Shown: positions 39,514-49,443, numbered from the stretch's first letter. The stretch: 64,000 bases of DNA from an uncultured delta proteobacterium (GCA_963796685.1 CAWCMR010000008.1:780553-844552), one strand, 5' to 3'. Notes: generated from the sequence alone by a model not told the origin. Numbers and translations: made by a program.

Positions 39514-41274
39514 ATGAAAAGCCCCGAAACGGACGAAGGACTTCCTGTTCCACGCTGGATGGTGTGGCTCGGCTTGTTGGCTTGGGTCGGCGTCCTCGTG
39601 CTTTGGACGTCCCGAGCGGATCTGGGCACGGCCGTCTTTTCCACGGAGAGCCTGCGCAACTGGGCGACCCTTTCCGCCTGGATTCGGAGGACCGTCGTGC
39701 TGGCCGGCGAGAACCTCGCCTGCTTCGTTCCCGTCGGGTTTCTGTCGATCCTGGCCCTGCCCTCCCGACGAGGTTGGCTCGATCGCACCGTGCGCAGGTG
39801 GATTCCTGCCCTCGCCATCGCGTTTCTGCTTGCTGCTCTCATCCCTGCTTGGCGTCCGCGTCCAACCGCCCCGGTCATCGCGCCAGGTGTGCTTGGCCTG
39901 CTTCTGCCTTGGGGTGGTTGCGCGCTTGGCACCTGGGCGGGCATGGCTTGGACACGGGGAGCCCTGGCGCGCATCCTATTCTTGCCCAAGTTGGCCCTGC
40001 TGATGGCGCTGCTCGCAGGAGCTGCAGGGGCCGTGGCCTACAGGGCTGTCGAATCCACGCCCGCCAGCATCGAGATGCCCAAGGTCACCTCGGCAGACAG
40101 ACGCCACTTGTACGACGTGTTCGCCGGCAAGAACCCGCTCAAGGTTCAAGAGGGATCGACGGTCACCCTCGGCATTACCGGTCACGAGCTCAATTTACTC
40201 CTGGCATGGGGCCTGTCGGTGCAGAACTGGCCTGCCCTGGCGACAGTCGAGATCGGCAAGAGTGCCGGTGAGCTGCGGGCCGCATTACCGCTGCGAGGGC
40301 GCTCGCGTTTTTTGAACATCACCGCCCGGGGAACCTTCCAGGTACGAGAGGGAATCCTGGCCGTACACGCCGAACGCTTGCGCGTGGGTCGGATCGAAAT
40401 CCCCAAGCTCGTGCTCGCGGCCCTGACCCCCGTGGTCGCCAACGCGTTCGCTGCCGATCCGCGGCTGCAGCCGGTCTTGTCCCGCGTCCACACTGCCGGG
40501 CTGCAATCGGGCTTGCTGACCGTGAGCTACGGGCACGGCGCGCCTCCGAGAGGCTTCGTCTCGGGGCTTTTCCACGGCCCGGAGGCGGCCCCGATCGATA
40601 TCCCGGCCGTCTACGCGCAGGTGCTGAATCTCATTGCGGCGGCACCCCAGCTGCCGCGCGATAGCGATGCGCGCTTCGGCGCGGCGGTGCGCACCGCCTT
40701 TCGTCTTGCCCAAGCTCGCTCGCTGCCGGGTCGCGCGGTCGAGGAGAATCGGGCGGCCTTGCTGGCGCTCGGCATTGCGCTTGGCCATCCGCACGTGGAG
40801 ACGCTTATCGGTGGGGTCATGGATGAAGCCACCCGCCGCGCGCTCCTCAGCGCCTACGACGGAACCACCCTGCGCAAGCGCTCGGACTGGCCCAAGCACT
40901 TCTTCGTCAGCGCCGCGCTCGTGGTCATCGCCGCGCGCAACATCAGCGACGCGAGCGGCCTGCTCAAGGAAGAGAAGGACGCCGCGGGCGGGAGTGGTTT
41001 TTCGTTCGCCGATCTGCTGGCCGATCGGTCGGGAACGACTTTCGCGCAGGTCGCCACGCGTGACGAGACCTCGGCCCGAGCGCTTCAGGAGACGCTTGAA
41101 AAGGGCTTCAAGGTCGACGCGTTCTTTCCCCGGGCTGACGATCTGCCCGAAGGCATCCCGGATGCCGACTTCCAAACCCGCTACGGCGGAACCGAGGGCG
41201 AGGGATACCGCCGACTGGCCGCGGAGATCAATCGACGTGTCAAGAGCTGCACGGCCTACGCCAGGGCGCCCTGA
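39514..41274 (+). CDS. Membrane protein with VanZ-like N-terminus and conserved hypothetical C-domain
   Basis: Several TM helices, ENLACFVPVGFL; C-terminal RSDWPKHFFVSAAL...KEEKD...GSGFSFADLLAD. Confidence 0.65.
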   Translation: MKSPETDEGLPVPRWMVWLGLLAWVGVLVLWTSRADLGTAVFSTESLRNWATLSAWIRRTVVLAGENLACFVPVGFLSILALPSRRGWLDRTVRRWIPALAIAFLLAALIPAWRPRPTAPVIAPGVLGLLLPWGGCALGTWAGMAWTRGALARILFLPKLALLMALLAGAAGAVAYRAVESTPASIEMPKVTSADRRHLYDVFAGKNPLKVQEGSTVTLGITGHELNLLLAWGLSVQNWPALATVEIGKSAGELRAALPLRGRSRFLNITARGTFQVREGILAVHAERLRVGRIEIPKLVLAALTPVVANAFAADPRLQPVLSRVHTAGLQSGLLTVSYGHGAPPRGFVSGLFHGPEAAPIDIPAVYAQVLNLIAAAPQLPRDSDARFGAAVRTAFRLAQARSLPGRAVEENRAALLALGIALGHPHVETLIGGVMDEATRRALLSAYDGTTLRKRSDWPKHFFVSAALVVIAARNISDASGLLKEEKDAAGGSGFSFADLLADRSGTTFAQVATRDETSARALQETLEKGFKVDAFFPRADDLPEGIPDADFQTRYGGTEGEGYRRLAAEINRRVKSCTAYARAP

Positions 41275-41691
41275 TCGCCCAGTGAGGAGCATCACCCGAG
41301 GCTCACCACGCCGCGCACGGTGGTGGCTTTCCCGCACGTTCCATCTCGCGTAACGTGAACGTGTCCTCACGCCGAGCAGGCTTCTGAATTGCCAAGTGTG
41401 TTGTGGCGTTTGACGCACAAGCAGGAGCGGCGCCAAGACCACCGGCCATCTCGACCACTGCAACCGCCGTTACACAGAGCAATTGTCGGGCTCGCCTGCC
41501 CAGTGCGAAGAGGCGGCGCGCTGTCGTGGCGCCGATTTGGACACCGCCTTTGCGATGCCAGGGCCCCCAAGCGTGCGCTCACACTGCTTTCGACTGCACG
41601 CAGGCTCAGGCTATTTGTAATGCCGTTTCAAGGGATTGCGCGCCTTTGCTCATTGGTTCGATTGCTCGGCAATGGCCATTTCCTGGCCAGA

Positions 41692-41717
41692 ACGGGACAG
41701 ACGGGACAGACGGGACA
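41692..41717. repeat. 9-bp tandem repeat (acgggacag) x3
   Basis: acgggacag acgggacag acgggaca read directly. Confidence 0.85.
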
Positions 41718-41755
41718 AATGACGCTTGTGTTCTAAAACAGCACAATATTGCGCA

Positions 41756-41801
41756 TTGACTGACCGAGGGGCCTGTAATACGAGGCTAAACTGTGTATGA
41801 T
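41756..41801 (+). promoter_or_regulatory. Candidate sigma70-like promoter elements
   Basis: TTGACT (41756) and TATGAT (41796) in an AT-rich tract upstream of the SD caggaga; the spacing does not form a single canonical pair. Confidence 0.3.
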
Positions 41802-41826
41802 ACGCGGTACACACTCAGGAGAACCA

Positions 41827-42378
41827 ATGCCGAACACAGAAATGAACATCACCGCCATTGTCGAGAGCTTCACCAACCAAATCACGTCCGCCGTGGAAGC
41901 CTCCGTGGTTGACCGAATTCAGGCTGCGCTGGCTGGCGCCTTCGGGACACCACAGAGACGCGGACCAGGAAGGCCTTCAAGGCAGACCGTGGCATCCAAA
42001 GCGGCGGCAGGCGAGAGCAAGCCCAAGCAGCTGTGTCCAGTTCCCGGCTGCAAGAACGTGGCGGCACCAATCTTCGGAATGGTCTGCAAGGACCATAGGA
42101 ACGTGGCCAAGTCCAAAATCGCCAAGTACCGCGAGGCTCGACGCGAAGGCCAGGTCGTCCAGACCGGCAGCGCAAAGCCCGCTGCGGCCAAGGTCATCAA
42201 GAAGGCCAAGAAGGCGAGCCCCAAGGTCGCTCGAGCGCGCAAACTGCAAGGGCAGTATCTCGGTGCCTTGAAGTCTCTCACCGGTGTGGATCGCGCAAAG
42301 GTGAAACAGCTTGCCAAGGACAAGGGCGTTGCCGATGCCGTGAAGTTGGCGATGACACTGAAGAAGCCTCGCGCGTAA
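41827..42378 (+). CDS. Small basic DNA-binding-like protein (AT-hook-like, C3H Zn-finger, Lys/Ala-rich)
   Basis: SD caggaga; RRGPGRPS, CPVPGC...VCKDH, KVIKKAKKASPK, RKLQGQYLG. Confidence 0.75.
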   Translation: MPNTEMNITAIVESFTNQITSAVEASVVDRIQAALAGAFGTPQRRGPGRPSRQTVASKAAAGESKPKQLCPVPGCKNVAAPIFGMVCKDHRNVAKSKIAKYREARREGQVVQTGSAKPAAAKVIKKAKKASPKVARARKLQGQYLGALKSLTGVDRAKVKQLAKDKGVADAVKLAMTLKKPRA

Positions 42379-42428
42379 GCGGTCGGGGCCAATCGTTCCG
42401 GCGCTTTGTGGATTGAAGACCCAAGGGG

Positions 42429-42457
42429 AGGCCCTGTGCAAGCAGGGCCTTTTCTTT
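42429..42457 (+). terminator. Rho-independent terminator
   Basis: aggccctg-tgcaag-cagggcct followed by a T-rich tract. Confidence 0.75.
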
Positions 42458-42495
42458 ATGTGGCCCACCAACACCGACTTTCGTGGCGACGCCGT

Positions 42496-43695
42496 CTACC
42501 CCGAGCCTTCGCAAAGCAGCGCTGCCAGGGCTCGCATGACGTGGCCGAAGGCGATGCGTTCTTGCTCCAGCCGCACACGCGCGCCCAGTCGGTCGAATCG
42601 AAGATCCTCGTAGACGCCTTCCTCGTCCGGGGTGAGATGCGGTAGAGGCTTGTCGTACCGATCCGGCTCCGCCACCCACAACGCCCGATGGCCGAGCAGA
42701 GTCTCGCGGTCCATCAGGAAGGAACGCACATCAGGGAAGATCGCGCGCAGGCTATCCAGGATGGCAAACCCGTGCGTGTCGAGGTCACCCCAATAGAAGA
42801 TGGCTTTGTCTTGCAACCAGGGAACGAGCCTCAATCGGTCGACGCCGTAGCCGAGACCGAAAATAATGATGCCGGCCTCGACCTCGGGGAAAGCCAGGCC
42901 GTTGATCTCGTTCTCCGTGATGAACACCCTGCGGACGGGCAGATCGAGTCGGGCGACCTGCGCGACCGGAGCCGTGATGTCGTCGAGACCGTGAATGCGC
43001 AGCCGGTCGTCGAGAACGCGAAAGCGCAACTGGGCCGGCTTGCCGAGAAGACCGTAGCGTTGGTCGAAGGCCTGGCCGCCCACGGCCAGGCGGTCGACGG
43101 CCTCCACGGGCAAGACGAGGTCGAGCAGCTCGACCAGCAGCCGATGGTGGGTCTCGATGAACTTCGTGTGCACGCCGGCGACATCGATCTGGCGGGCGTA
43201 GACGCCTGGGCGCGGGTGGTTGCGGAACCATGTCACCACGTTCAGAATGCGTTCCCAATCCCCGGCGGTTTCGAGCAAGTCGAGCGGCCGACGGGCGATC
43301 CATGGCACCAGCTCGGAGTGCGCGTCCCGGGTTGCCTGGACCAGCCGATCGAACAGTTCCGCCTGGCGGCGTTTTCCGAGCATCGCCAGCGCATCCTCTT
43401 CGCTCGGCACGACGACAGACCGGGGCACGCGGTTCACACCGAGTTGGCGGTGATTGACTTCGGCATAGACGACTTCGTAGCCCGTGCCTACGCAGCTCTT
43501 GCTGCCTTCCTCCAGAGTGCGAATCCAGGTCCGCGCTTCCACGAATCGGTCGGACAGATCCCGCACCTGTGGCCGCTTCATACGCACGGCATAGGGGAAC
43601 AGCGGTGCGCCGCCAAGCCGCGCCCCGAGAATGAGGCCCCGATCCCACAGGCGCTGGACCTGCGCGCGAACATCGTCGGGGGTAGTCCAAGCCAT
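42496..43695 (-). CDS. jetD: Wadjet JetD TOPRIM nuclease (DUF3322 plus DUF2220)
   Basis: MAWTTPDD..., RQIDVAGVHTKFIE, FITENEIN, YWGDLDTHG, RLEQERI; downstream of jetC. Confidence 0.93.
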   Translation of the reverse strand: MAWTTPDDVRAQVQRLWDRGLILGARLGGAPLFPYAVRMKRPQVRDLSDRFVEARTWIRTLEEGSKSCVGTGYEVVYAEVNHRQLGVNRVPRSVVVPSEEDALAMLGKRRQAELFDRLVQATRDAHSELVPWIARRPLDLLETAGDWERILNVVTWFRNHPRPGVYARQIDVAGVHTKFIETHHRLLVELLDLVLPVEAVDRLAVGGQAFDQRYGLLGKPAQLRFRVLDDRLRIHGLDDITAPVAQVARLDLPVRRVFITENEINGLAFPEVEAGIIIFGLGYGVDRLRLVPWLQDKAIFYWGDLDTHGFAILDSLRAIFPDVRSFLMDRETLLGHRALWVAEPDRYDKPLPHLTPDEEGVYEDLRFDRLGARVRLEQERIAFGHVMRALAALLCEGSG

Positions 43696-43702
43696 GGCAC
43701 GC

Positions 43703-46700
43703 CTACGATGCTCGGGCCGCGCGCTCTTTCCGGTATTCTTCGATGGTGAGATTGCGCAGCATGGACGAGCGACCATCGTCGGTGTGGACGAAGCCAACGC
43801 CGGCCACGTGGGGTTCGATGATGTGGATCTTCTGCAGGGGGGTGACGATGAGGAGCTGCAGGTTCATGCGAGCGAAAAGCTCGAGCGCGTAGCGGGCCGA
43901 CTCATCGGAGCCGCGCCCGAAGGCCTCGTCGATGGCCACGAAACGAAACGAGCGCGAACGTTTCACGCCGCGTTCCAGGCCGAACTGGTAGGCCAGGCTG
44001 GCCGCCAGCACCGTGTATGCCAGCTTCTCCTTCTGCCCGCCCGACTTGCCGCCCGAGTCGGTGTAGTGCTCGTGCTCGCGATCGTCCTCGCGCCACCTCT
44101 CCGAAGCCGAGAAGGTGAACCAGTTGCGCACGTCGGTGACCCTGCGGGTCCAGCGCCGGTCGGCGTCGGTCGAGCCTTCCCGACCGCGAAAGCGCTCGAT
44201 GAGGCTCCTGACTTGCAAGAACTTGGCCTCGGAGTAGACGGCATCCTCGGAGCCGGTAAGAGCGCCTTCGGTGCAGACGCGCAGGTCCTGCTGGAAATCG
44301 CGGATGTCGGCATCTTGCGACGCGACGATTTCCAGCGCGATGTAGCGATTCGGGTTGTAGTCGATGTCACGCAGGGATCGGTTGATGGCCACGATGCGCT
44401 CGCGGATGGTTTGCCGTTCGCGGTGCAGCTGCGACTGGAAATTGGCCACCTCGCGAATGGCGTTTTCGTTCAGCAGCTCCTTGAACTTGGCCTCGAAGCG
44501 GGGCAAGTCGTCTTGGGTGAGACGCGCCAGCATCGAGCCGAGCTCGCCCAAGGCGTCGACACGCGCATCGATCTCCTGCGTCTCGACCGGGTAGTCCTTG
44601 CGATAGGCCTCCATGGCCTTGACGATCTTTTCTTCCAGGCGCCGCAGACGCTGATCGCGCGCATCGATCTCTTTCTGCAACCAATCGCGCAAGTCCTTCT
44701 CGCGGCCATCGCACGACTCGACGGTCAGCATGTGCGGACCCAGAGCCTCGTCGCGCATCTCGTCCAGGCGGGCAAAATCGCGGGTCTTCACCTCGGCCGT
44801 CGTGGCATCGAGCAACGCCTGGCACGCCTGACGCAAGGAGGTGGCTTGCTCCTGCTTGAGGCGCGTGGTGGCGAGCTCGCGATTGTCTTCGTCCTGCTCC
44901 GCCTCGGTCGCGCGCATGCGCTCTTCGAGCGTAGCCAATTGTTCTTCGAGCGCGCGCAAGACATCCGAGGCCGCCTCCAGTTGGCGACGTTCGCCATCCA
45001 AGCGCTCGATCTCGACCGACAGCGGCTTCCAGTCGATTTCGCGAAAGTCCTCGAACACCGACAGTTGGTGCAAGTGCGCGAGCCGCTCGCCGAGCGCACC
45101 CTGCTCGTCCTGCAATCCGGCCAGACGGGCAGCGATGGCCTGCATACGCGCCTCCAGCATTTCGCGTTCCGCATCGAAGGCGGCGATCTTGGCTTCGTTC
45201 GACCAACCGAGCACGTAGCGTGATTTGTCGTCCAGGCGATGGCGATCGTCTTTCTCGTGACGACCGCCGCTGGCCTTGATTTGGCCGTTCCTGGTGATGG
45301 CCTGCTTTTCGCGTCGAAACTGTTCCAAGCTGTCGCAACAGACGTGGTCGAATCGGCGCGCGATCTCCGATTCCAGCCAGACATAGAACGCCGAGTCCGG
45401 CTTGATGACCAGCTTGTGCAGCACCGCTGCCGGCGAGCTCGCAACCGCGGTGGCGCGTTGGCTGACCACGCGAAAGTAGACCAATCGCTCGCCGAGGTGC
45501 GTGCCGTCCACCCACGCGGCCACGCGCGCGTAGTCCCGGTCCGGCACCAGCAGCGACAAGCCGAAGTTGTGCAGCAGGCGCTCGACGGCGCCTTCCCAGG
45601 CCCGCTCCTCCGGGCGCACCTGGATGAGCTCGCCGACAAAGGGCAAGTCCTCGTCCCGCAGGTCGAGCGCCCGGCAAAGCGCGGCGCGGATTTCGAGCAT
45701 GCGCGAGGGAATGTTCGACCGACGCGCGTGCAGCGACGCCAGCTCGCGCGAAATCTCGCCGTGCTGATCCTTGAGGCCGCGGAGCTCGACCGAGACCTCG
45801 GTCACTGCATTTTGTGCCCGGCCCTGCCGCGCCTTCGAGACCTCCACATCCTCGGCAAGCGCCCGACGGTTGGCCTGGAATGCGTCGCCATCGCCGGGCA
45901 GGCGCAACCCCGAGGCCGCCGCCAGGTGAGCGTACTGGTCGGCATGGCGCGAGCGCGCGTCCCTCTCGGTGCGTTTCCGCGCGATGTCCGTCTTGATGCG
46001 CTCGATGCGGTCGCCGCCGTTCTCGGCGATGGCCCGTTTCAGCTCATCGCGCGAGGTCTGCTGGTTGCGCCGCTTCTCGACGCCTTCGGCGATGCGCGCT
46101 TCCAGCTTCGCCAGCTCGACCTGCAGGTTGCCAAGGCGCTTGTCCAGCAACACCGCCTTGTGCTGGGCAAAGTAGGCATGCAAGGCACCGCGACAGTTGC
46201 GCAGAGACTCGGCTTCGCCCGAGAGCCGTCCGTGTTCGCACCCGTCCTCGACGATGGGCGAAAGACGCGCGATCTGCGCCTTGGCTTTGAGCACCGCCTC
46301 GTGGGCACGGTTGAGGTCGTCGAAGTGATGCACCAGCGCCTCGATGCGTTCGTCGACGGGAAACGCCTCCAGCATGTGCTGGCGGACGAAGTCGGTCAGG
46401 TTGCCCACCGACTTCATCGATACGGTCTGGTGAAACAGGTCGAGCGCCTGGTCGTTCTCGATGCCGAAGCGGCGACGAAACGCCGCCGCGTAAGGCGGGA
46501 ACGAATCGAAGATCTCGGTCTTGGCCAGCCGGCGCAAACGCTTGCGCAAATCGCCGATGTCCTGCCCGAAATTGGAGAAGTGCTCGGCGATCGAGAGCGT
46601 CCCGTCCGACAGCACGAAGAGCCGCGCCGGCTGTCCCTCCACGTCCTTGAGCCAGAACACCTGCGCCAGCGTCACCGTCTGCTCATAGCCTTGGTTGTGA

Positions 46701-47077
46701 AAGCGCGCGACCAGCACGGAGTAGCTGTTTCCGTCGCGCAACGACACCGGCCGCGCCGAAAGGCCGAGGTCGTTGCGTTCGGTCTTGTAGTGGCCAAGCA
46801 CATACGAGCGCAAGGTGCGCTCGCGCACCTCGGCCCCGGCGGCCTTGTTGTACGCGATCCTCTGCGGCGGCACGAGCAAGGTGGTGATGGCGTCGACCAG
46901 CGTCGACTTGCCCGAGCCGATATCCCCGGTGAGGAGGACATTGTCCCCACCCGGCGCCAACGTCCAGATCCGCTGGTTGAAGGTGCCCCAGTTGTAGATC
47001 TCCAGGCGGTACAGGCGAAAGCCCGTGTGCTCGTCGGAAACGGCGAAATCGAGCGCGCCCTGCCCGGCTTCGCTCAT
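43703..47077 (-). CDS. jetC: Wadjet JetC SMC-like ATPase
   Basis: NWGTF, Walker A GDIGSGKS, long coiled coils, signature SGGKSGGQKE, Walker B FVAIDEAF. Confidence 0.95.
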   Translation of the reverse strand: MSEAGQGALDFAVSDEHTGFRLYRLEIYNWGTFNQRIWTLAPGGDNVLLTGDIGSGKSTLVDAITTLLVPPQRIAYNKAAGAEVRERTLRSYVLGHYKTERNDLGLSARPVSLRDGNSYSVLVARFHNQGYEQTVTLAQVFWLKDVEGQPARLFVLSDGTLSIAEHFSNFGQDIGDLRKRLRRLAKTEIFDSFPPYAAAFRRRFGIENDQALDLFHQTVSMKSVGNLTDFVRQHMLEAFPVDERIEALVHHFDDLNRAHEAVLKAKAQIARLSPIVEDGCEHGRLSGEAESLRNCRGALHAYFAQHKAVLLDKRLGNLQVELAKLEARIAEGVEKRRNQQTSRDELKRAIAENGGDRIERIKTDIARKRTERDARSRHADQYAHLAAASGLRLPGDGDAFQANRRALAEDVEVSKARQGRAQNAVTEVSVELRGLKDQHGEISRELASLHARRSNIPSRMLEIRAALCRALDLRDEDLPFVGELIQVRPEERAWEGAVERLLHNFGLSLLVPDRDYARVAAWVDGTHLGERLVYFRVVSQRATAVASSPAAVLHKLVIKPDSAFYVWLESEIARRFDHVCCDSLEQFRREKQAITRNGQIKASGGRHEKDDRHRLDDKSRYVLGWSNEAKIAAFDAEREMLEARMQAIAARLAGLQDEQGALGERLAHLHQLSVFEDFREIDWKPLSVEIERLDGERRQLEAASDVLRALEEQLATLEERMRATEAEQDEDNRELATTRLKQEQATSLRQACQALLDATTAEVKTRDFARLDEMRDEALGPHMLTVESCDGREKDLRDWLQKEIDARDQRLRRLEEKIVKAMEAYRKDYPVETQEIDARVDALGELGSMLARLTQDDLPRFEAKFKELLNENAIREVANFQSQLHRERQTIRERIVAINRSLRDIDYNPNRYIALEIVASQDADIRDFQQDLRVCTEGALTGSEDAVYSEAKFLQVRSLIERFRGREGSTDADRRWTRRVTDVRNWFTFSASERWREDDREHEHYTDSGGKSGGQKEKLAYTVLAASLAYQFGLERGVKRSRSFRFVAIDEAFGRGSDESARYALELFARMNLQLLIVTPLQKIHIIEPHVAGVGFVHTDDGRSSMLRNLTIEEYRKERAARAS

Positions 47078-47721
47078 GATTCCCCGTCTTTTTCGCCTGC
47101 CGACTCGTTCTTCCAATGCTCGGCGTAGGCCGCGAGCCGCCGATCGAATTCCGATAGCCACTGGGCATCCACGAAGGCCTTGAGAATGCGCTGGATCTCG
47201 AGCTCGCCGTCATTGCCGTCATTGCCGCCTTTGCCGCCTTTGCCGCGCAACCGGCGCAGAAATCCCATCTCGACCGCCTTGTTGATGTGCGCATCCAAGC
47301 GATCCGTCAGGCGCGCTTCGTTGCCGCTGTCGGGAAGAAAGACCCGCACCAAATCGGCGATCTGCTCGCGACTCAGGATGATGCGGGTGCCGTCGCCCTG
47401 CGCATCCGATTCGGCGAGCTTCTTTCGCAACAGCACCAGCAGCAAGCTTACCTGGAAACCGAGCGGCCGGCGCGGCACCAGGCGCGGCAGCTCGGGCTCC
47501 CCCTCGCCGACCGCCCGCTGGCGAAGGTACGCATAGCCCTCGGCCTCGTCGACGATCAGCTCGAGCCCGAGCGGCGCCACGTGATCGCGCACCCGCGCCT
47601 GCAGATCGAGCAACGCCTGCCAATTCTTGGGCTCGTCCTCCGCGTGGAGCACGCCCCTCATCAGCGACACGAGCACCAGCGAGAAGGCATTCGACGCCTC
47701 CTTGGGCTGCGTGTCGGTCAT
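47074..47721 (-). CDS. jetB: Wadjet JetB (DUF4194)
   Basis: LGLELIVDEAEGYAYLRQ, LPRLVPRRPL, EIQRILKAFVDAQWL; overlaps the jetC start. Confidence 0.92.
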   Translation of the reverse strand: MTDTQPKEASNAFSLVLVSLMRGVLHAEDEPKNWQALLDLQARVRDHVAPLGLELIVDEAEGYAYLRQRAVGEGEPELPRLVPRRPLGFQVSLLLVLLRKKLAESDAQGDGTRIILSREQIADLVRVFLPDSGNEARLTDRLDAHINKAVEMGFLRRLRGKGGKGGNDGNDGELEIQRILKAFVDAQWLSEFDRRLAAYAEHWKNESAGEKDGES

Positions 47722-48872
47722 GGTGGTGCGTGCCTCGAGGACATGTTCGGTGCCGTGCGGGGACTTACTCCATCGGAATCGAAGGGGGCGGCTCGCCAGA
47801 GCACCATCACAAAATCCTCGCCAAACCTCCAGTCAAGCAGAGCCCGATCAGGCGCGGACACATTCGCGTATAGGCGGTGCTCCTCGATGGGGTGGTTCGA
47901 ATCGGCGGACAGCCCCAGGAACGAGAGCCCCTTCTTGAACGGGAAATGCTCTCTCTGCTCTGGCGTCAGGCGCAGCAGTGCGGCGATGCGCGGCCGCGCC
48001 GACGTGTGTTCTCGGGTGTCAGCCCACTCGGCGATGACCTCGTCGGGGATGTAGTTCTCGATCGCCCTCTTGGTTAGAACGACGTGCGGTATGCCGAGAC
48101 GTTCGCACGTCTCGCGAATCTCGTTGGCCATCTTCGAGATGTCGCCCGGGAAACGACTATCGTTGTCGGTGAACACGACTGCGCGAAATGGGACGTCGGC
48201 AGCTTCGCTCTTCTCGTGTTCGTGCTTCACGAGCTTTTTCAACTCCCCGCTACCACCCACACTGTCGTACTTGAGAGCCTGGTCCCGAAGCTGTTTGAGG
48301 CGCAACAGCTCCGGATCGCCGAGGACGGCCAAGACCGCATCCAGGAAAGCCCCATCAGTGTTCCGATTCTCCATCAAAACCACCAACGGTTTCTGCAAGA
48401 GCTGGACGGCTTTCTCGGGACTCAGGGAAACCGGCCTCTCCTGCTTCCCCACCAGAGACACCACCGTAGTCTCTGACGCGTCTACGGTCGCGGACAAGTC
48501 CAGAACTCCCAGCCGATCATGGCTAGCTTTGAAATCGAAGGCCACCGAGCCGTGAGGAGCGCCGCCATGTATTAGATCTCGAAGCGTCCGTCCAAACGAA
48601 ACCCCATCAACCTCCAGCGGAAAGCCACCCGGAGTAGTCAGAGAGGAGGATCCGATAGAACCCTGAGGCCCGATCGCACCCTGCGGGCCGGCGAAAGGCA
48701 TTCCTGCACGCGGCGCACGGGAGGAGAGGGAGCGAAGGAGCAGTCGGGGTAGCCGAAGCAAGGCGGACTTGCCGCTGTTGTTTCGGCCGATGAAGAGCGT
48801 GAGAGGGCACACGTCGATGGTTACCGGCGACTTGAACGGCTTGTAATTGGTACAGCCAAATCGACGAAGCAT
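47718..48872 (-). CDS. Fusion of an N-terminal ABC/AAA ATPase fragment and an OLD-like TOPRIM domain
   Basis: NYKPF...LTLFIGRNNSGKS (Walker A); no Walker B or signature seen; then VVLMENRNTD, GGSG, VFTDND, KRAIENY. Confidence 0.7.
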   Translation of the reverse strand: MLRRFGCTNYKPFKSPVTIDVCPLTLFIGRNNSGKSALLRLPRLLLRSLSSRAPRAGMPFAGPQGAIGPQGSIGSSSLTTPGGFPLEVDGVSFGRTLRDLIHGGAPHGSVAFDFKASHDRLGVLDLSATVDASETTVVSLVGKQERPVSLSPEKAVQLLQKPLVVLMENRNTDGAFLDAVLAVLGDPELLRLKQLRDQALKYDSVGGSGELKKLVKHEHEKSEAADVPFRAVVFTDNDSRFPGDISKMANEIRETCERLGIPHVVLTKRAIENYIPDEVIAEWADTREHTSARPRIAALLRLTPEQREHFPFKKGLSFLGLSADSNHPIEEHRLYANVSAPDRALLDWRFGEDFVMVLWRAAPFDSDGVSPRTAPNMSSRHAPP

Positions 48873-48994
48873 ATGTGTCTCCTCGCTTCCTCGGAAGGAT
48901 AGTTCTTACCACGCAGTGCCACTTCCGTGGAGCAGGTTCTTCCGCTTCCGGAGGGACGTCCTGGGCGCCCCTGGCCGGGGAAACGATGCAATGC

Positions 48995-49156
48995 TTACCT
49001 GCAATACACCACCAGCGGCACCGTGGCCTGGCGCCGGAGGCCGGTGGCGTCGGTCCAGGCGATGACCTGCTTGTGCTCGTCGTCGATGAGCGCATGGCTA
49101 TCGTCGGCGGCCAGGCTCAGGTAGGCCACGATCTCGGCCATGCCGCGTTCGAGCGG
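48995..49156 (-). pseudogene. Orphan diverged duplicate of the jetA 3' end
   Basis: Encodes PLERGMAEIVAYLSLAADDSHALIDDEHKQVIAWTDATGLRRQATVPLVVYCR*, near-identical to the JetA C-terminus (49907-50068). Confidence 0.9.
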
Positions 49157-49193
49157 CGCGCACCTTATCTTCGAGAGAGCATCGGTTGTCGGG

Positions 49194-49219
49194 ACACCTC
49201 CGAATGTGTATAGTGGTGT
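49194..49219 (+). promoter_or_regulatory. Candidate vapBC promoter/operator
   Basis: -10-like TATAGT (49209-49214) 7 bp before the ATG, inside the inverted repeat acacc...ggtgt. Confidence 0.4.
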
Positions 49220-49221
49220 GT

Positions 49222-49443
49222 ATGGCGACTGCAGCGCGGTCAACCCGCACCAACATCCTACTCGACGAGGATCTGATCTCCGAGGCGACTCGCCTGACGG
49301 GCATCTCCACCCGACGCGGCCTTGTCCACGAAGCCCTGCGCGCACTCATCGCGCAGAGACGCCGACGACCGCTGTCCGAGCTTAGGGGCAAGATCGAGTT
49401 TGTACCAGGCTACGACTACAAGGCGGCACGGTCTGCTCGCTGA
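49222..49443 (+). CDS. vapB: VapB-type antitoxin
   Basis: RTNILLDEDLISEA...LVHEALRALI...LRGKI RHH pattern; overlaps the PIN gene. Confidence 0.88.
   Translation: MATAARSTRTNILLDEDLISEATRLTGISTRRGLVHEALRALIAQRRRRPLSELRGKIEFVPGYDYKAARSAR

Noticed and set aside
41280-41760. Short ORFs at the island edge
   Set aside because: No recognisable motifs or codon bias; treated as non-coding or decayed.
42379-42388. gcggtcgggg matches the tRNA-Leu 3' end (51752-51761), a possible att duplicate bounding Wadjet
   Set aside because: Only 10 bp in GC-rich DNA, and it lies between a gene and its terminator; chance cannot be excluded.
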